Shown: one piece after another, positions 1-8,719 of the stretch
Position numbering within the stretch: position 1 is the first letter of the stretch
Layout: every line of letters begins with the position of its first letter
Assembly: GCA_965224465.1 (NCBI GenBank)
Contig: OZ245049.1
Span: forward strand, 1,200,001-1,232,000
DNA length: 32,000 bases
Direction: 5' to 3'
Source: Flavobacteriaceae bacterium
GTDB taxonomy: Bacteria; Bacteroidota; Bacteroidia; Flavobacteriales; Flavobacteriaceae
The notes under the pieces: model-generated
Seen by the model: the letters and a program-made list of their open reading frames with translations, nothing else
Databases searched by the model: none
Told to the model about the DNA's origin: nothing
Made by a program: the position numbers and the translations under genes

Positions 1-261
1 GAATGTTTTACGTTGTCGGATTATCATTTTTTTCACATTATGAACAACGCTTAGCTAAACGCAGTACAGATTTAAAAGTACAAACTTTAAAGCTTGCACT
101 TAGCCAAATATTTTAATTTATCTTTTTTTTCTAAGACCAAATCAAAAAACTCACCTCCCATGACACTTCGTGTTGATGGTATTCGCTAAAAACACGGAAC
201 TTTTGGCTAAGCACCAAACCCGCATTGTGTCAAGGTTTTGTTACAAGCCGCATATCTTGTT

Positions 262-3069
262 TTATAATTTTCTCTTTAGTTTTTCCACATATAATAAAGT
301 CAGTCCAAATAACACGAATACAACAATCAAATTCGGTTCGCTCATCCTTTGTGCTTCTTCTCCAAGATCTAATGATTTATTTCCAGATAAAACTTGTTTT
401 TGTTTCTTTTTTAATATTGCTTTTTGTGCTTCATTTTCTACAACTAAGTAAGAAGTTAATGGTGTCATTACTCTTGAAATAAAACTGTATTTTACTAAAT
501 TTAACCATTCTTTATTTGCTGTAGCAGGGTGTAAAACCTGTGATGTCCACATCCCTTGGATTTTCAATGCAGTTTCCCAATCTTTTTCTTTTATTTCAAC
601 CTCAGATATTTCAAAAACATCTTTTTTAAATATGATACTTGGTTCATTATCATTTGGTAAATAAGAGATGCTGTTATCGCTGTGTTTATATTCTAATACT
701 GAATTCCTAAAAGAATAAGGAATGGTATCTGCCAAAGGTTGTAAAGGATTTGACACTAAAGAATGTGTTTCTAATTCCCCACTTTTCTTTAGGTTAAAAA
801 ACAAACTACTCTCGGGGAAAGTCATTTTAAAATCTAAAAAATCTTTATCGATTATTGCTTCTTGAATAGAGTCAGTTACCACAACTATAACAGGATAAAA
901 ATCTGTATTATTTTTAAATGAATTGTAAAGCGTTTTCTTTATGGCTCTATCCAAATAAAATCCACCTTCAAAATTTTGAGATTGGAATTTTTCCGTCCAT
1001 TTATCATCAAATTTACTTGTTGTTACATAACTATTTACAAAACTAATTTTTGCGTTTTCACTTAATGATGTATCTGTTTTAACAAACTGCTCTATTCTAT
1101 TGGTAATTTCAGTTATGCGCTTACTATCCGAAGCATCAACTAAAAAATGAAAATATGGTTTTCGTTGAACTTGTTTTAATTTTTGTTTTTGCTTAGAAGA
1201 AACGTAACATATATTATCTGTTTTAGTATCGGTAAATATTGATTCATTAGGATTGCCAAGTACAATAATATTTCCGTCAATAGTTAATTTTACAGGTTCT
1301 TTGTGCAACAACTCAATTCCTGTCTTTCGGACTTCACCACTAGCAAAGGGGAACACTCTAAATGCAACTTTATTACCCGTCAAATAATACAATATCCCTG
1401 GGTCTCTGTTCTCATTTCGAATTTGAGAAAATATCCACATTGCAGATTTTTTTTCAGCCAAAATCCCCATTTCTTTTCTATCTCCTACATATAAAAAATA
1501 ATCACTAATCCAACAACCAACTGGCAACTCAATGGTTGTGGCATATTCAGAAATGCCATTGTTCTCATTTTTATTAGTGATTTCTAATTCAATCCAACTT
1601 TTCCAAGCATTCTGACTTTTATCAAAGGTACTGTTTGTTGAAATATTTGTAATTTCTACATTACGATTTCTAATGTTTTCTGCTCTTATTTCAAAGGAAG
1701 CCTTCTTCCCAAAGAATATTTTTTCAATAGTATTAATTTTACTAGCAGATAGAGTCAGATTATCCAACACAATCCAATTAAAATAAGTTGACAAATACGG
1801 AACCTGTGTTCCAAAAATTCCGCCACGAAAACTTTTTCTATGATGTTTTACAACATTTAGAGTTTTTTGAAGTGAACTTTTATCAATATCATAATTTTTT
1901 GAAAAATCTGGCGTGTATATGTAATCAAGAGTTTCGTTTAGAACGCTTTTGTCTTTTTGATAAATACCCGTAATTGAAAAAGGAATAATCAGTATGCCAA
2001 TTAAAGACAAAGTCCATAGCAATCTGTGAGAAAAATACTTCTTTAGGTATGTAAAGTCTTTTGAGAGCTCACTAATATGAATTACAAAAAGAAGTAATGG
2101 AGTGAGCATTAAGAACCCGATCCCAATAACAATTACGGCAATAATTGACACCGGTAAAAACGGAAGAAAAACAAGAAAGAAATAAAAAGTATATGCAAAA
2201 GTTATACTTCTACCTATAAACAAAAATAATCTATATAATTTATTTTCAATATTGGGTAAGCAGATTAAGATACCATTGATTATTGCAAGAATATAAAACC
2301 AATAATTGCTGAAATTTCCAAAAACCCCTGAATTATTAACTCCAAAACCGTTAAACAAATGTCCATTATTTACAGCCAATCCCAATATAGGTAAAACAAT
2401 AGAAATAGGAATTTTCCACGCCAATTGGTATTTAATCCAAATATTGGACTTTTTAATAGTAAGGATAAATATACCCCTAATTAAGAAAAACAGAAATACT
2501 AATGTTCCTGTGATAATAAATATCAATAAACTATGAGTTGCAAAATCACTACCAACTGGTTTCCATAATGGAAGTATTACTTGAGAAAACAGGTACCAAA
2601 ATATAGGAATTACAAGTGCAATTAAGAAGTTTTTCCAAGCCTTGTGTTCTTTTGTTTCAGAAGTAAAATGATACACTAAAACAAACAAAGAGTACGCAAG
2701 TGTAGGCATTAGAAAAGTACCAATATAAAAAATCATATTTCCCGAAATCATCCATTGCGGAATCGAGAAAGGCATTATTTTATCTAAATAAAAACAAAAA
2801 AGGTAAATGAATGGGATATAGCAAAGTAAGGCGATTAACCCATAGAATATAGATACTTTTTGTTTTTTAATGATTAAATAAATTGCATACACTAAATTTA
2901 CAAAGCCTAGAATGCCCAAAGTCCAGCCAAAAGTTTTCCAAAGACTAATACTTTCTTCATTTAAGAGTGTTTTAATAATACTATACTGCCCAAAATAAAG
3001 AAAAAACAAGGTAATTATTGGAAATGTATTTATTATAAAAAGCCATTTAGGATTAAGTAAGTTTCGCAT
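262..3069 (-). CDS. MSEP-CTERM sorting-domain protein with an N-terminal polytopic membrane region and a large VIT/vWA-like region (predicted XrtN substrate)
   Basis: A 935-aa ORF. About the first 370 aa are consecutive hydrophobic helices. The C-terminus reads ...EEAQRMSEPNLIVVFVLFGLTLLYVEKLKRKL, which is an MSEP motif, a TM helix and a basic tail, the tripartite exosortase sorting signal. The start overlaps the stop of the upstream exosortase-like gene by 17 nt. Confidence 0.8.
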   Translation of the reverse strand: MRNLLNPKWLFIINTFPIITLFFLYFGQYSIIKTLLNEESISLWKTFGWTLGILGFVNLVYAIYLIIKKQKVSIFYGLIALLCYIPFIYLFCFYLDKIMPFSIPQWMISGNMIFYIGTFLMPTLAYSLFVLVYHFTSETKEHKAWKNFLIALVIPIFWYLFSQVILPLWKPVGSDFATHSLLIFIITGTLVFLFFLIRGIFILTIKKSNIWIKYQLAWKIPISIVLPILGLAVNNGHLFNGFGVNNSGVFGNFSNYWFYILAIINGILICLPNIENKLYRLFLFIGRSITFAYTFYFFLVFLPFLPVSIIAVIVIGIGFLMLTPLLLFVIHISELSKDFTYLKKYFSHRLLWTLSLIGILIIPFSITGIYQKDKSVLNETLDYIYTPDFSKNYDIDKSSLQKTLNVVKHHRKSFRGGIFGTQVPYLSTYFNWIVLDNLTLSASKINTIEKIFFGKKASFEIRAENIRNRNVEITNISTNSTFDKSQNAWKSWIELEITNKNENNGISEYATTIELPVGCWISDYFLYVGDRKEMGILAEKKSAMWIFSQIRNENRDPGILYYLTGNKVAFRVFPFASGEVRKTGIELLHKEPVKLTIDGNIIVLGNPNESIFTDTKTDNICYVSSKQKQKLKQVQRKPYFHFLVDASDSKRITEITNRIEQFVKTDTSLSENAKISFVNSYVTTSKFDDKWTEKFQSQNFEGGFYLDRAIKKTLYNSFKNNTDFYPVIVVVTDSIQEAIIDKDFLDFKMTFPESSLFFNLKKSGELETHSLVSNPLQPLADTIPYSFRNSVLEYKHSDNSISYLPNDNEPSIIFKKDVFEISEVEIKEKDWETALKIQGMWTSQVLHPATANKEWLNLVKYSFISRVMTPLTSYLVVENEAQKAILKKKQKQVLSGNKSLDLGEEAQRMSEPNLIVVFVLFGLTLLYVEKLKRKL

Positions 3070-3586
3070 TATGTATTCTTTTTGTTAATATCCTGTCTAT
3101 TATAAAATATGTCAAAATCAAAAATGATAGATTTGTTACAATACCAATTGTTTCGTGAATGATATGTTTTTGATTTATAAAAATATCACTCAACTGATTT
3201 TGGATAACAATAGATGCAAAAATTCTCGAAGTATTTACAAATATTGTCAATAAATATGCCCCAATTAAACCGAAAACAATTGTGAATGTTTTTTTTATAT
3301 TGCTATCAAAATACTTTAAGCCCAAAAAAGTTAGCATTAAAAAACTCAAAACCCAAAAATTAAATCCAGCACAAGATTTGTCAATCACGATGTTTAATTG
3401 ATTATAAAAGTATCCTTTGTCCGAAATGTATACTGAATTTGAACCTGTTAATAACCCTACAAGTTTATCTGTCGGTTTTAACAAGAATATTAAGTTATCA
3501 TTGACGGCATACGTAAAACCAAATTTAAACAGAATAAAAATTCCGACTGTAATCAAATAATATGGTATGTTCTTTATGTTTATCAC
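3053..3586 (-). CDS. xrtN: Short exosortase-family transpeptidase (XrtN type)
   Basis: A 177-aa all-helical membrane protein with exosortase-style conserved residues in the expected order: Cys (DKSCAGFNF), Asn..Arg (VNTSRIF) and His (IIHETIG). It lies directly upstream of, and overlaps, the MSEP-CTERM gene. The annotated start is GTG. Confidence 0.7.
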   Translation of the reverse strand: MINIKNIPYYLITVGIFILFKFGFTYAVNDNLIFLLKPTDKLVGLLTGSNSVYISDKGYFYNQLNIVIDKSCAGFNFWVLSFLMLTFLGLKYFDSNIKKTFTIVFGLIGAYLLTIFVNTSRIFASIVIQNQLSDIFINQKHIIHETIGIVTNLSFLILTYFIIDRILTKRIHNAKLT

Positions 3587-3826
3587 TGTATGTTTTCGTA
3601 AGAACTTTAACGTTACAGTATGAGCAATATTGTTTTAAAACACGCTTACTTTTAGATGTGAAAATAGTGCGTTTTTTTGGTTTTTTGATAATTCAAAAAT
3701 AATAACACAAAACATGAAAATTTTTACGGAACTTCGTTTTACAAAACCAGCTCCGATGTAAGCAATTAATTCATCATTACCTAAATTGATTGTTGTACTA
3801 AACACCTCCTATGTAGCTTATACCAA

Positions 3827-3976
3827 CAATCCAAAATGACCGATACAAGTAGTTTATTTTACGCTCTAGCATTGTTAAAAACAAGAACGATAGCTACTTA
3901 TATTTTTCGACTAGCTATCCGCTCAGTCGAAGAACAAACAAAAAATAATTCCATTTCTAAACCGTCACTTGGAAAT
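3827..3976. repeat. Intergenic repeat family U, copy 1 (about 150 nt)
   Basis: Aligns by eye at about 70-75 percent with 7525..7663. Shared blocks include caatccaaaat, tttattttacg, gaacgata, tatttttcg and catttctaaaccgtc(a/t)cttggaaat. It lies 240-390 nt upstream of the xrtN start. Confidence 0.5.
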
Positions 3977-4061
3977 TTAATTAATATAAGAAGATAAATT
4001 AATGGAATCCCACAGACCCACGTAATTTTAATCGCTAGGTGTTACCAAACGTTTCTCCTTT

Positions 4062-4526
4062 TTATAACTCCAATATGTCGGAAATTAATTTCTTGTATTC
4101 TTGAATGTTATTTTCAAACTTCTTCTGTATAGCAATCCATAATACGATTCCGATTCCTAGTGCTAATAATATTCCTCCATAAATATAAAAGGAAGCACCG
4201 CTCCGAATCCCTGATACTATTGCAATTAAACCCAAAATAAAAATATAGATTATAATCAATATCATTACAAGGTGTTGCGTAAAAGAAATTTCTACATCGG
4301 TCTCATTTTCAGTTTCTTTTTTTAATATTTTCCCATTTACACTAATTCTATTAACGTGTAAAATTTGACTTGTATAATGAACTCGTTTACGCATATTAAA
4401 TAATAACGAATCATTTTTATCATTATCCATATTAAAAACAAATCCGTCAGCTGAACCAAATGCAGCGTCTAGTTTCTTAAGAACCTCTTGAGGATTACTT
4501 TTCACTTTAAAATTCCATGCTTTCAT
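4062..4526 (-). CDS. Hypothetical membrane protein (soluble N-domain plus two C-terminal TM helices)
   Basis: A 154-aa ORF with an ATG start. Hydrophobic stretches are LVMILIIIYIFILGLIAIV and IYGGILLALGIGIVLWIAI. No family was recognised. Confidence 0.55.
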   Translation of the reverse strand: MKAWNFKVKSNPQEVLKKLDAAFGSADGFVFNMDNDKNDSLLFNMRKRVHYTSQILHVNRISVNGKILKKETENETDVEISFTQHLVMILIIIYIFILGLIAIVSGIRSGASFYIYGGILLALGIGIVLWIAIQKKFENNIQEYKKLISDILEL

Positions 4527-4794
4527 AGTGTCGTATTAAATGTTTGGTAATATCCGAGCAAACTCAATATGGTGTATACCTGTAATATACAAAAACAACT
4601 GTTTTGTATTTCTAATCAAATATAGGAAAATACAGGCTGAATTCAACTTATAAACGCGACTTTCTGGTTAAACAATAATTGATTCATTACAAATATACTG
4701 TGTTGCCATTTCATTGTTTTTAACAACGAAAAACTAACTTTAAAAATAAGCGCTATTAAAAAGGTATTATTAGATAAACTGTGTAAATTTTAAA

Positions 4795-4828
4795 ATCTCA
4801 GAGCAAAAAAATGATCTGAGATTTTTAT
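4795..4828 (-). terminator. Bidirectional hairpin terminator candidate
   Basis: ATCTCAGA (4795-4802) pairs with TCTGAGAT (4815-4822), a perfect 8-bp stem flanked by A-runs and T-runs on both sides. It lies between the 785-aa gene and the 154-aa gene. Confidence 0.45.
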
Positions 4829-4960
4829 TAACTTTATGTTTTTTATCATCTTACTAGTCAATAACCCCGGGGCAAGCCCACGAGGCATGAAAAAAAACCT
4901 TAATCATTTCGATGCAAGCATCGGGGAATTAAACCCACTAGTGGGATTAAAAATAGTAGT

Positions 4961-7318
4961 TTAATCCTTGAACCACATATTACCTCCAAAACTAGTTACA
5001 GTAAATCCACCCTTCTTATCGTTTAGATGCACTCTCCAGCATCCTTCTCCATCCCCGCACTTTCCATAATAAGCAATATCTGTATATCCATCATGGTTGA
5101 AATCACCAGCAACTGGAGCATTCAATGGTTCATCTCCTTCAAACCACATGCCGCCACCATAAGAAGTAGTTGTAAATTTTCCGTTTGTATCGTTTAGATG
5201 TACTCTCCAGCATTTTTTACCATCATCACACTTACCATAATAAGCGATGTCTGTGTATCCATCTTTATTAAAATCACCAGCAACTGGAGCATTAATTGGT
5301 TTATCTCCTTCAAACCACATATTATCGCCATAAGAAGTAGTCGTAAATTTCCCGTTTTTATCGTTTAGATGCACTCTCCAGCATTTTTTACCATCATCAC
5401 ACTTTCCATAATAAGCAATGTCTGTATAGCCATCTTTATTAAAATCACCAGCAACTGGAGCATTAATTGGTTTATCTCCTTCAAACCACATACTATCACC
5501 ATAAGAAGTAATCGTAAATTTTCCGTTTTTATCGTTTAGATGCACTCTCCAACATTTTTTACCATCATCACACTTACCATAATAAGCAATATCTGTATAG
5601 CCATCTTTATTAAAATCACCAGCGAGCGGTGTATGTATAGGTTTGTCTCCTTCAAACCATATATTCCCTCCATAAGAAGTAGTCGTAAATTTGCCGTTTG
5701 TATCGTTTAGGTGCACTCTCCAGCATTTTTTACCATCATCACACCTCCCATAATAAGCAATATCTGTATATCCATCTTTATTAAAATCACCAGCAAGCGG
5801 TGTATGTATAGGTTTATCACCTTCAAACCACATATTACTTCCATAAGAAGTAGTCGTAAATTTCCCGTTTGTATCGTTTAGATGTGTTCTCCAACATTCA
5901 TCACCTTCTCCGCATTTTCCGTAATAAACAATATCTGAATAATTTTTTCTAACCAAACCTATAGGTTTTTTTTTAACAATATTTCTGATTTCAACTTTAT
6001 TTAACGTCGTTTTTTTTATACTTGTGCCTTTTATAGTCTTAATTTTGGCTCCTTTCAATGCTCTTTTATTTCTACTTGCTCCTCTAGGGGCACCTCCAAT
6101 TATGGTTCGTTTTAATGCATCCTTTTTTCTGATTACACCTTTATCAACAGTTGCAAGTTCAACATCTACATAATCAGCATTGAAATTCCCAACAACTGGT
6201 TTAGTATGATAGGAATATACTTTCTCTTTTATCTTATATGTAAATTTGGGTATTGAATAAATGATGTGTTGATACCCCACTTCTACAGTTTTATAGAGAC
6301 AATCGCTATCATTAAAATTAGAACAGCCTCCCATTTCTTCATGTCCAAAATTAAGCCACCATTCTTTGTACCAAGTAGGATTTATTGTGTTTTCTCCTGT
6401 CCAAGCAAATGCACGAATACTGTTATGTAGCCCTACCTTACCACCAGCATGTAAATTAAGAACTTTAAGATTTCCTCTAAGTGCCGGAGGAAATGTTACA
6501 TTCAAATCTACTTTCCAGCAATATTTCTTATGATCGTGTGGATTCCTAAATATGTCATTTTTACTATTAATAGGCAGGTATTGTTCAATGGGAGTGTTTG
6601 GTAAAACAACATTTAAATTAAAACCATTAGTTTTTACTAAAATTGGATTTGTTGCTACTGGGTCATATCCTTGTACAATTAATGGTATTTTAGCATATAC
6701 CGAATTACTTCTTAATCGACTTCCAAGACGAAACATTAGAGCGCCACCTCTACTTTGTCCTGCTAGTACGATAACTTCTACTTTTGATGCATCAAATTTT
6801 GATGTTAAAAAGTTATAGAATGCATTTTCTCTTCGTTTTTTTTTATGCTCCTTTCTAAAGTAACCAAACCTTGCATCAAAAGCCAATACGAATAAAGTAG
6901 ATTCCTTGGGGAATTCTCCTGAATTGATGAGTCTAGAAGCTAGTGATTTAGGATTTAATGTCCTATTTGCCTCTAATAAAGGAGTTCCTCTTAATCCAAA
7001 CTTATAATTATCTGGCTGTCCTGTTAATACGTTCGTATAACCATCACCATAATTAATGTGTGATAAAACAACTGGGCTCTCGCTTTGTTGACCTGCAGCA
7101 ATAAATACAACTCGCTTTACTTTGTCTTTTGCTGGTTCACTAACAATTGCTATGTATGTATCTTGCCTACCAGTAATGCTAACACCAGCAGATTTCCAAT
7201 GTGTTAATTTTGGGTGGTTTTGTTGTATAGAATTCATTACGGTCATTAGTTTAACCTCCTGAGCATTTAATGACGTGAAAACTAAAATTGAAACTACTAG
7301 TAAAAAATTATTTTTCAT
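4961..7318 (-). CDS. Secreted alpha/beta-hydrolase-like protein with six C-terminal FG-GAP/VCBS-type repeats
   Basis: A 785-aa ORF. The signal peptide is MKNNFLLVVSILVFTSLNAQE. A nucleophile-elbow-like motif VIVLAGQSRGGALMF is present. The C-terminal third is six 57-aa repeats of the form AGDFNKDGYTDIAYYGKCDDGKKCWRVHLNDxNGKFTTTSYGxNMWFEGDKPIxxPx, with a DxNxDGxxD Ca-binding-type motif. Confidence 0.8.
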   Translation of the reverse strand: MKNNFLLVVSILVFTSLNAQEVKLMTVMNSIQQNHPKLTHWKSAGVSITGRQDTYIAIVSEPAKDKVKRVVFIAAGQQSESPVVLSHINYGDGYTNVLTGQPDNYKFGLRGTPLLEANRTLNPKSLASRLINSGEFPKESTLFVLAFDARFGYFRKEHKKKRRENAFYNFLTSKFDASKVEVIVLAGQSRGGALMFRLGSRLRSNSVYAKIPLIVQGYDPVATNPILVKTNGFNLNVVLPNTPIEQYLPINSKNDIFRNPHDHKKYCWKVDLNVTFPPALRGNLKVLNLHAGGKVGLHNSIRAFAWTGENTINPTWYKEWWLNFGHEEMGGCSNFNDSDCLYKTVEVGYQHIIYSIPKFTYKIKEKVYSYHTKPVVGNFNADYVDVELATVDKGVIRKKDALKRTIIGGAPRGASRNKRALKGAKIKTIKGTSIKKTTLNKVEIRNIVKKKPIGLVRKNYSDIVYYGKCGEGDECWRTHLNDTNGKFTTTSYGSNMWFEGDKPIHTPLAGDFNKDGYTDIAYYGRCDDGKKCWRVHLNDTNGKFTTTSYGGNIWFEGDKPIHTPLAGDFNKDGYTDIAYYGKCDDGKKCWRVHLNDKNGKFTITSYGDSMWFEGDKPINAPVAGDFNKDGYTDIAYYGKCDDGKKCWRVHLNDKNGKFTTTSYGDNMWFEGDKPINAPVAGDFNKDGYTDIAYYGKCDDGKKCWRVHLNDTNGKFTTTSYGGGMWFEGDEPLNAPVAGDFNHDGYTDIAYYGKCGDGEGCWRVHLNDKKGGFTVTSFGGNMWFKD
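4964..5960 (-). repeat. Tandem 171-bp coding repeats (about 6 units) inside the 785-aa gene
   Basis: The landmark caaaccacat recurs with a 171-nt period (for example 5141 and 5312). The units are near-identical at the DNA level. Confidence 0.85.
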
Positions 7319-7405
7319 AATATTTGATTTTGGTAAAGATTATATTTCAACCTTTAATATTTTAAGGTTCCCTTCCCTTTTTCTCTAAGGTTTTTTCCTT
7401 TTATT

Positions 7406-7437
7406 CAAATATACTTTTATTAGTGAATGTTTGGCAA
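7406..7437 (-). promoter_or_regulatory. Candidate Bacteroidota-type promoter for the 785-aa gene
   Basis: The minus strand reads cTTGccaaacattcactaataaaagTATATTTGaat. TATATTTG matches the TAnnTTTG -7 consensus, with a TTG 21 nt upstream. It is about 90 nt upstream of the ATG at 7318. Confidence 0.3.
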
Positions 7438-7524
7438 GTGTCATTTGATTACTCGTTGGGTTCATTCGATTATCGGTTCTCCTCAATGAATGGCAACGGA
7501 TAAACTATGTGGTTATTCCAATTA

Positions 7525-7663
7525 CAATCCAAAATAACAGATGTAAATAATTTATTTTACGTTTTTGATTTATTAAAAATTAGAACGATAACGAAGACTA
7601 ACCATCTATTTTTCGCCTAGATAAAACAAAAACAATTACATTTCTAAACCGTCTCTTGGAAAT
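7525..7663. repeat. Intergenic repeat family U, copy 2
   Basis: See 3827..3976. It lies 207-345 nt upstream of the start of the 785-aa gene. Confidence 0.5.
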
Positions 7664-7903
7664 ATATTTGGTATTAGATCAGGTGATCTATTTTTTAGTT
7701 TTTTTTGAAAGATGATAAGGAATTGAATTGGCGTACAAGTAAGCTGTACGTTGCAGGATTACGATACTACTATCAGGAAATAATTGAAAGATTCCCTGTC
7801 TCAAAGAAAAGCCTAGTTAACCTCAGACACAGAAGTGTGACTGATTATTCCTTTTCGCTAAACACGCTATAAATCAACACACTAAAAACAAGACTAAAAG
7901 CAT

Positions 7904-8182
7904 GTACTAATAACCGAACAAAAAAAATAAACGTAGCCACTAATGGAAAACGCATGCCTAAACGCTACTAACCAACAATAATCAGTATCAAAAAACAGTA
8001 AAAAACTATCCCCACAAAAGAGCGTGTGAGTAAATGCACTAAAACAGGTAGTATCTTATTAAGGTCCTTGTCGATAGCCTCTTAATTAAATCACGCAATC
8101 CCCATAGTATCATCTTTTGAGCCGGTATAGTCAACACTATGTTCATGCTGGGCGCTACGCACCGCACGAACACTTAGTTATT
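7904..8182. repeat. R module copy A (partial; only the stop-proximal 279 bp)
   Basis: Aligns with 10223..10500, 17338..17617 and about 29845..30123. It begins (minus strand) AATAACTAAGTGTTCGTGCGGTGCGTAGCGCCCAGCATGAACAT, 8 nt after the stop of the 8190..8708 gene. Similarity ends at gtactaataac. Confidence 0.85.
8039..8146 (-). CDS. Conserved 35-codon sORF inside the R module (copy A)
   Basis: Encodes MNIVLTIPAQKMILWGLRDLIKRLSTRTLIRYYLF. It has the same start, length and stop position as the sORFs in copies B and C. Confidence 0.3.
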   Translation of the reverse strand: MNIVLTIPAQKMILWGLRDLIKRLSTRTLIRYYLF

Positions 8183-8189
8183 AAGTAAG

Positions 8190-8708
8190 CTATTCCATTA
8201 CTTTATTAATTTCAGATTTTGGTAAGCACATTGTATTTGAGGTGTATCTCTCTTTAACGCTCATAAACGCAACTGCACTAATGACGCAACTTAAGCAATC
8301 TGGTTTTTCTTTAAGTAGTTCTTTAATTATTGGTATCACTTTTATTTCTTTTTTTGAATTTGTATCATTATTATCAAAAAAAACAGATATTCTATACTTG
8401 TATTTATCATTTTTTGAAACTAATTTTAAATTTCCAACTGATGTTAAAGCATATCCTATATTACTGAAATCAACAAAATCATTTTTTTTAAAATTTTCAT
8501 TTTCAAGAAAACAGTCCATTCTTGTATATGCGTATCCGTTTTGTAGATTATTAATAAGTTCTATATCTGATGAAAAATACAAATTATAATATTTATCAGA
8601 TTTAGTATCTTTTTCAATTTTAGTAAATTCGATATTAGCAATAGGTATATTATGACTACAAGACGAAAGAATAAATATTGCTGTAATTAGTAATATAAGA
8701 TTTTTCAT
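8190..8708 (-). CDS. Lipoprotein, candidate immunity protein for the upstream lipase
   Basis: A 172-aa ORF with lipoprotein signal MKNLILLITAIFILSSCSH. It starts 12 nt downstream of the lipase gene on the same strand. Confidence 0.6.
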   Translation of the reverse strand: MKNLILLITAIFILSSCSHNIPIANIEFTKIEKDTKSDKYYNLYFSSDIELINNLQNGYAYTRMDCFLENENFKKNDFVDFSNIGYALTSVGNLKLVSKNDKYKYRISVFFDNNDTNSKKEIKVIPIIKELLKEKPDCLSCVISAVAFMSVKERYTSNTMCLPKSEINKVME

Positions 8709-8719
8709 AATTAGATATT

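Noticed and set aside
1-116. Possible 3' end of a plus-strand gene (frame 3, ...VVGLSFFSHYEQRLAKRSTDLKVQTLKLALSQIF*).
   Set aside because: Only 37 codons are visible and no motif was recognised. It cannot be told apart from a chance open frame.
170-482. Plus-strand ORFs 170..451 and 225..482. The same reasoning applies to other antisense ORFs in the track: 1303..1494, 1788..1973, 2306..2536, 6552..6818, 8242..8589, 8943..9191, 11090..11284, 12236..12523, 15838..16041, 16752..17018, 17643..17828, 17874..18152, 20600..20881, 22049..22285, 22426..22698, 24254..24589, 24717..24911, 28706..28990, 30417..30617 and 31061..31345.
   Set aside because: They lie antisense to, or out of frame within, much longer ORFs that have clear domain signatures. 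Their products are low-complexity and rich in F, L, I, S and K, as expected from the reverse strand of AT-rich genes.
7430-7520. A tRNA-like segment (gggttcattcgattatcggttctcc).
   Set aside because: I could not draw an acceptor stem, anticodon arm or canonical T-loop (GTTCRANNC) around it.
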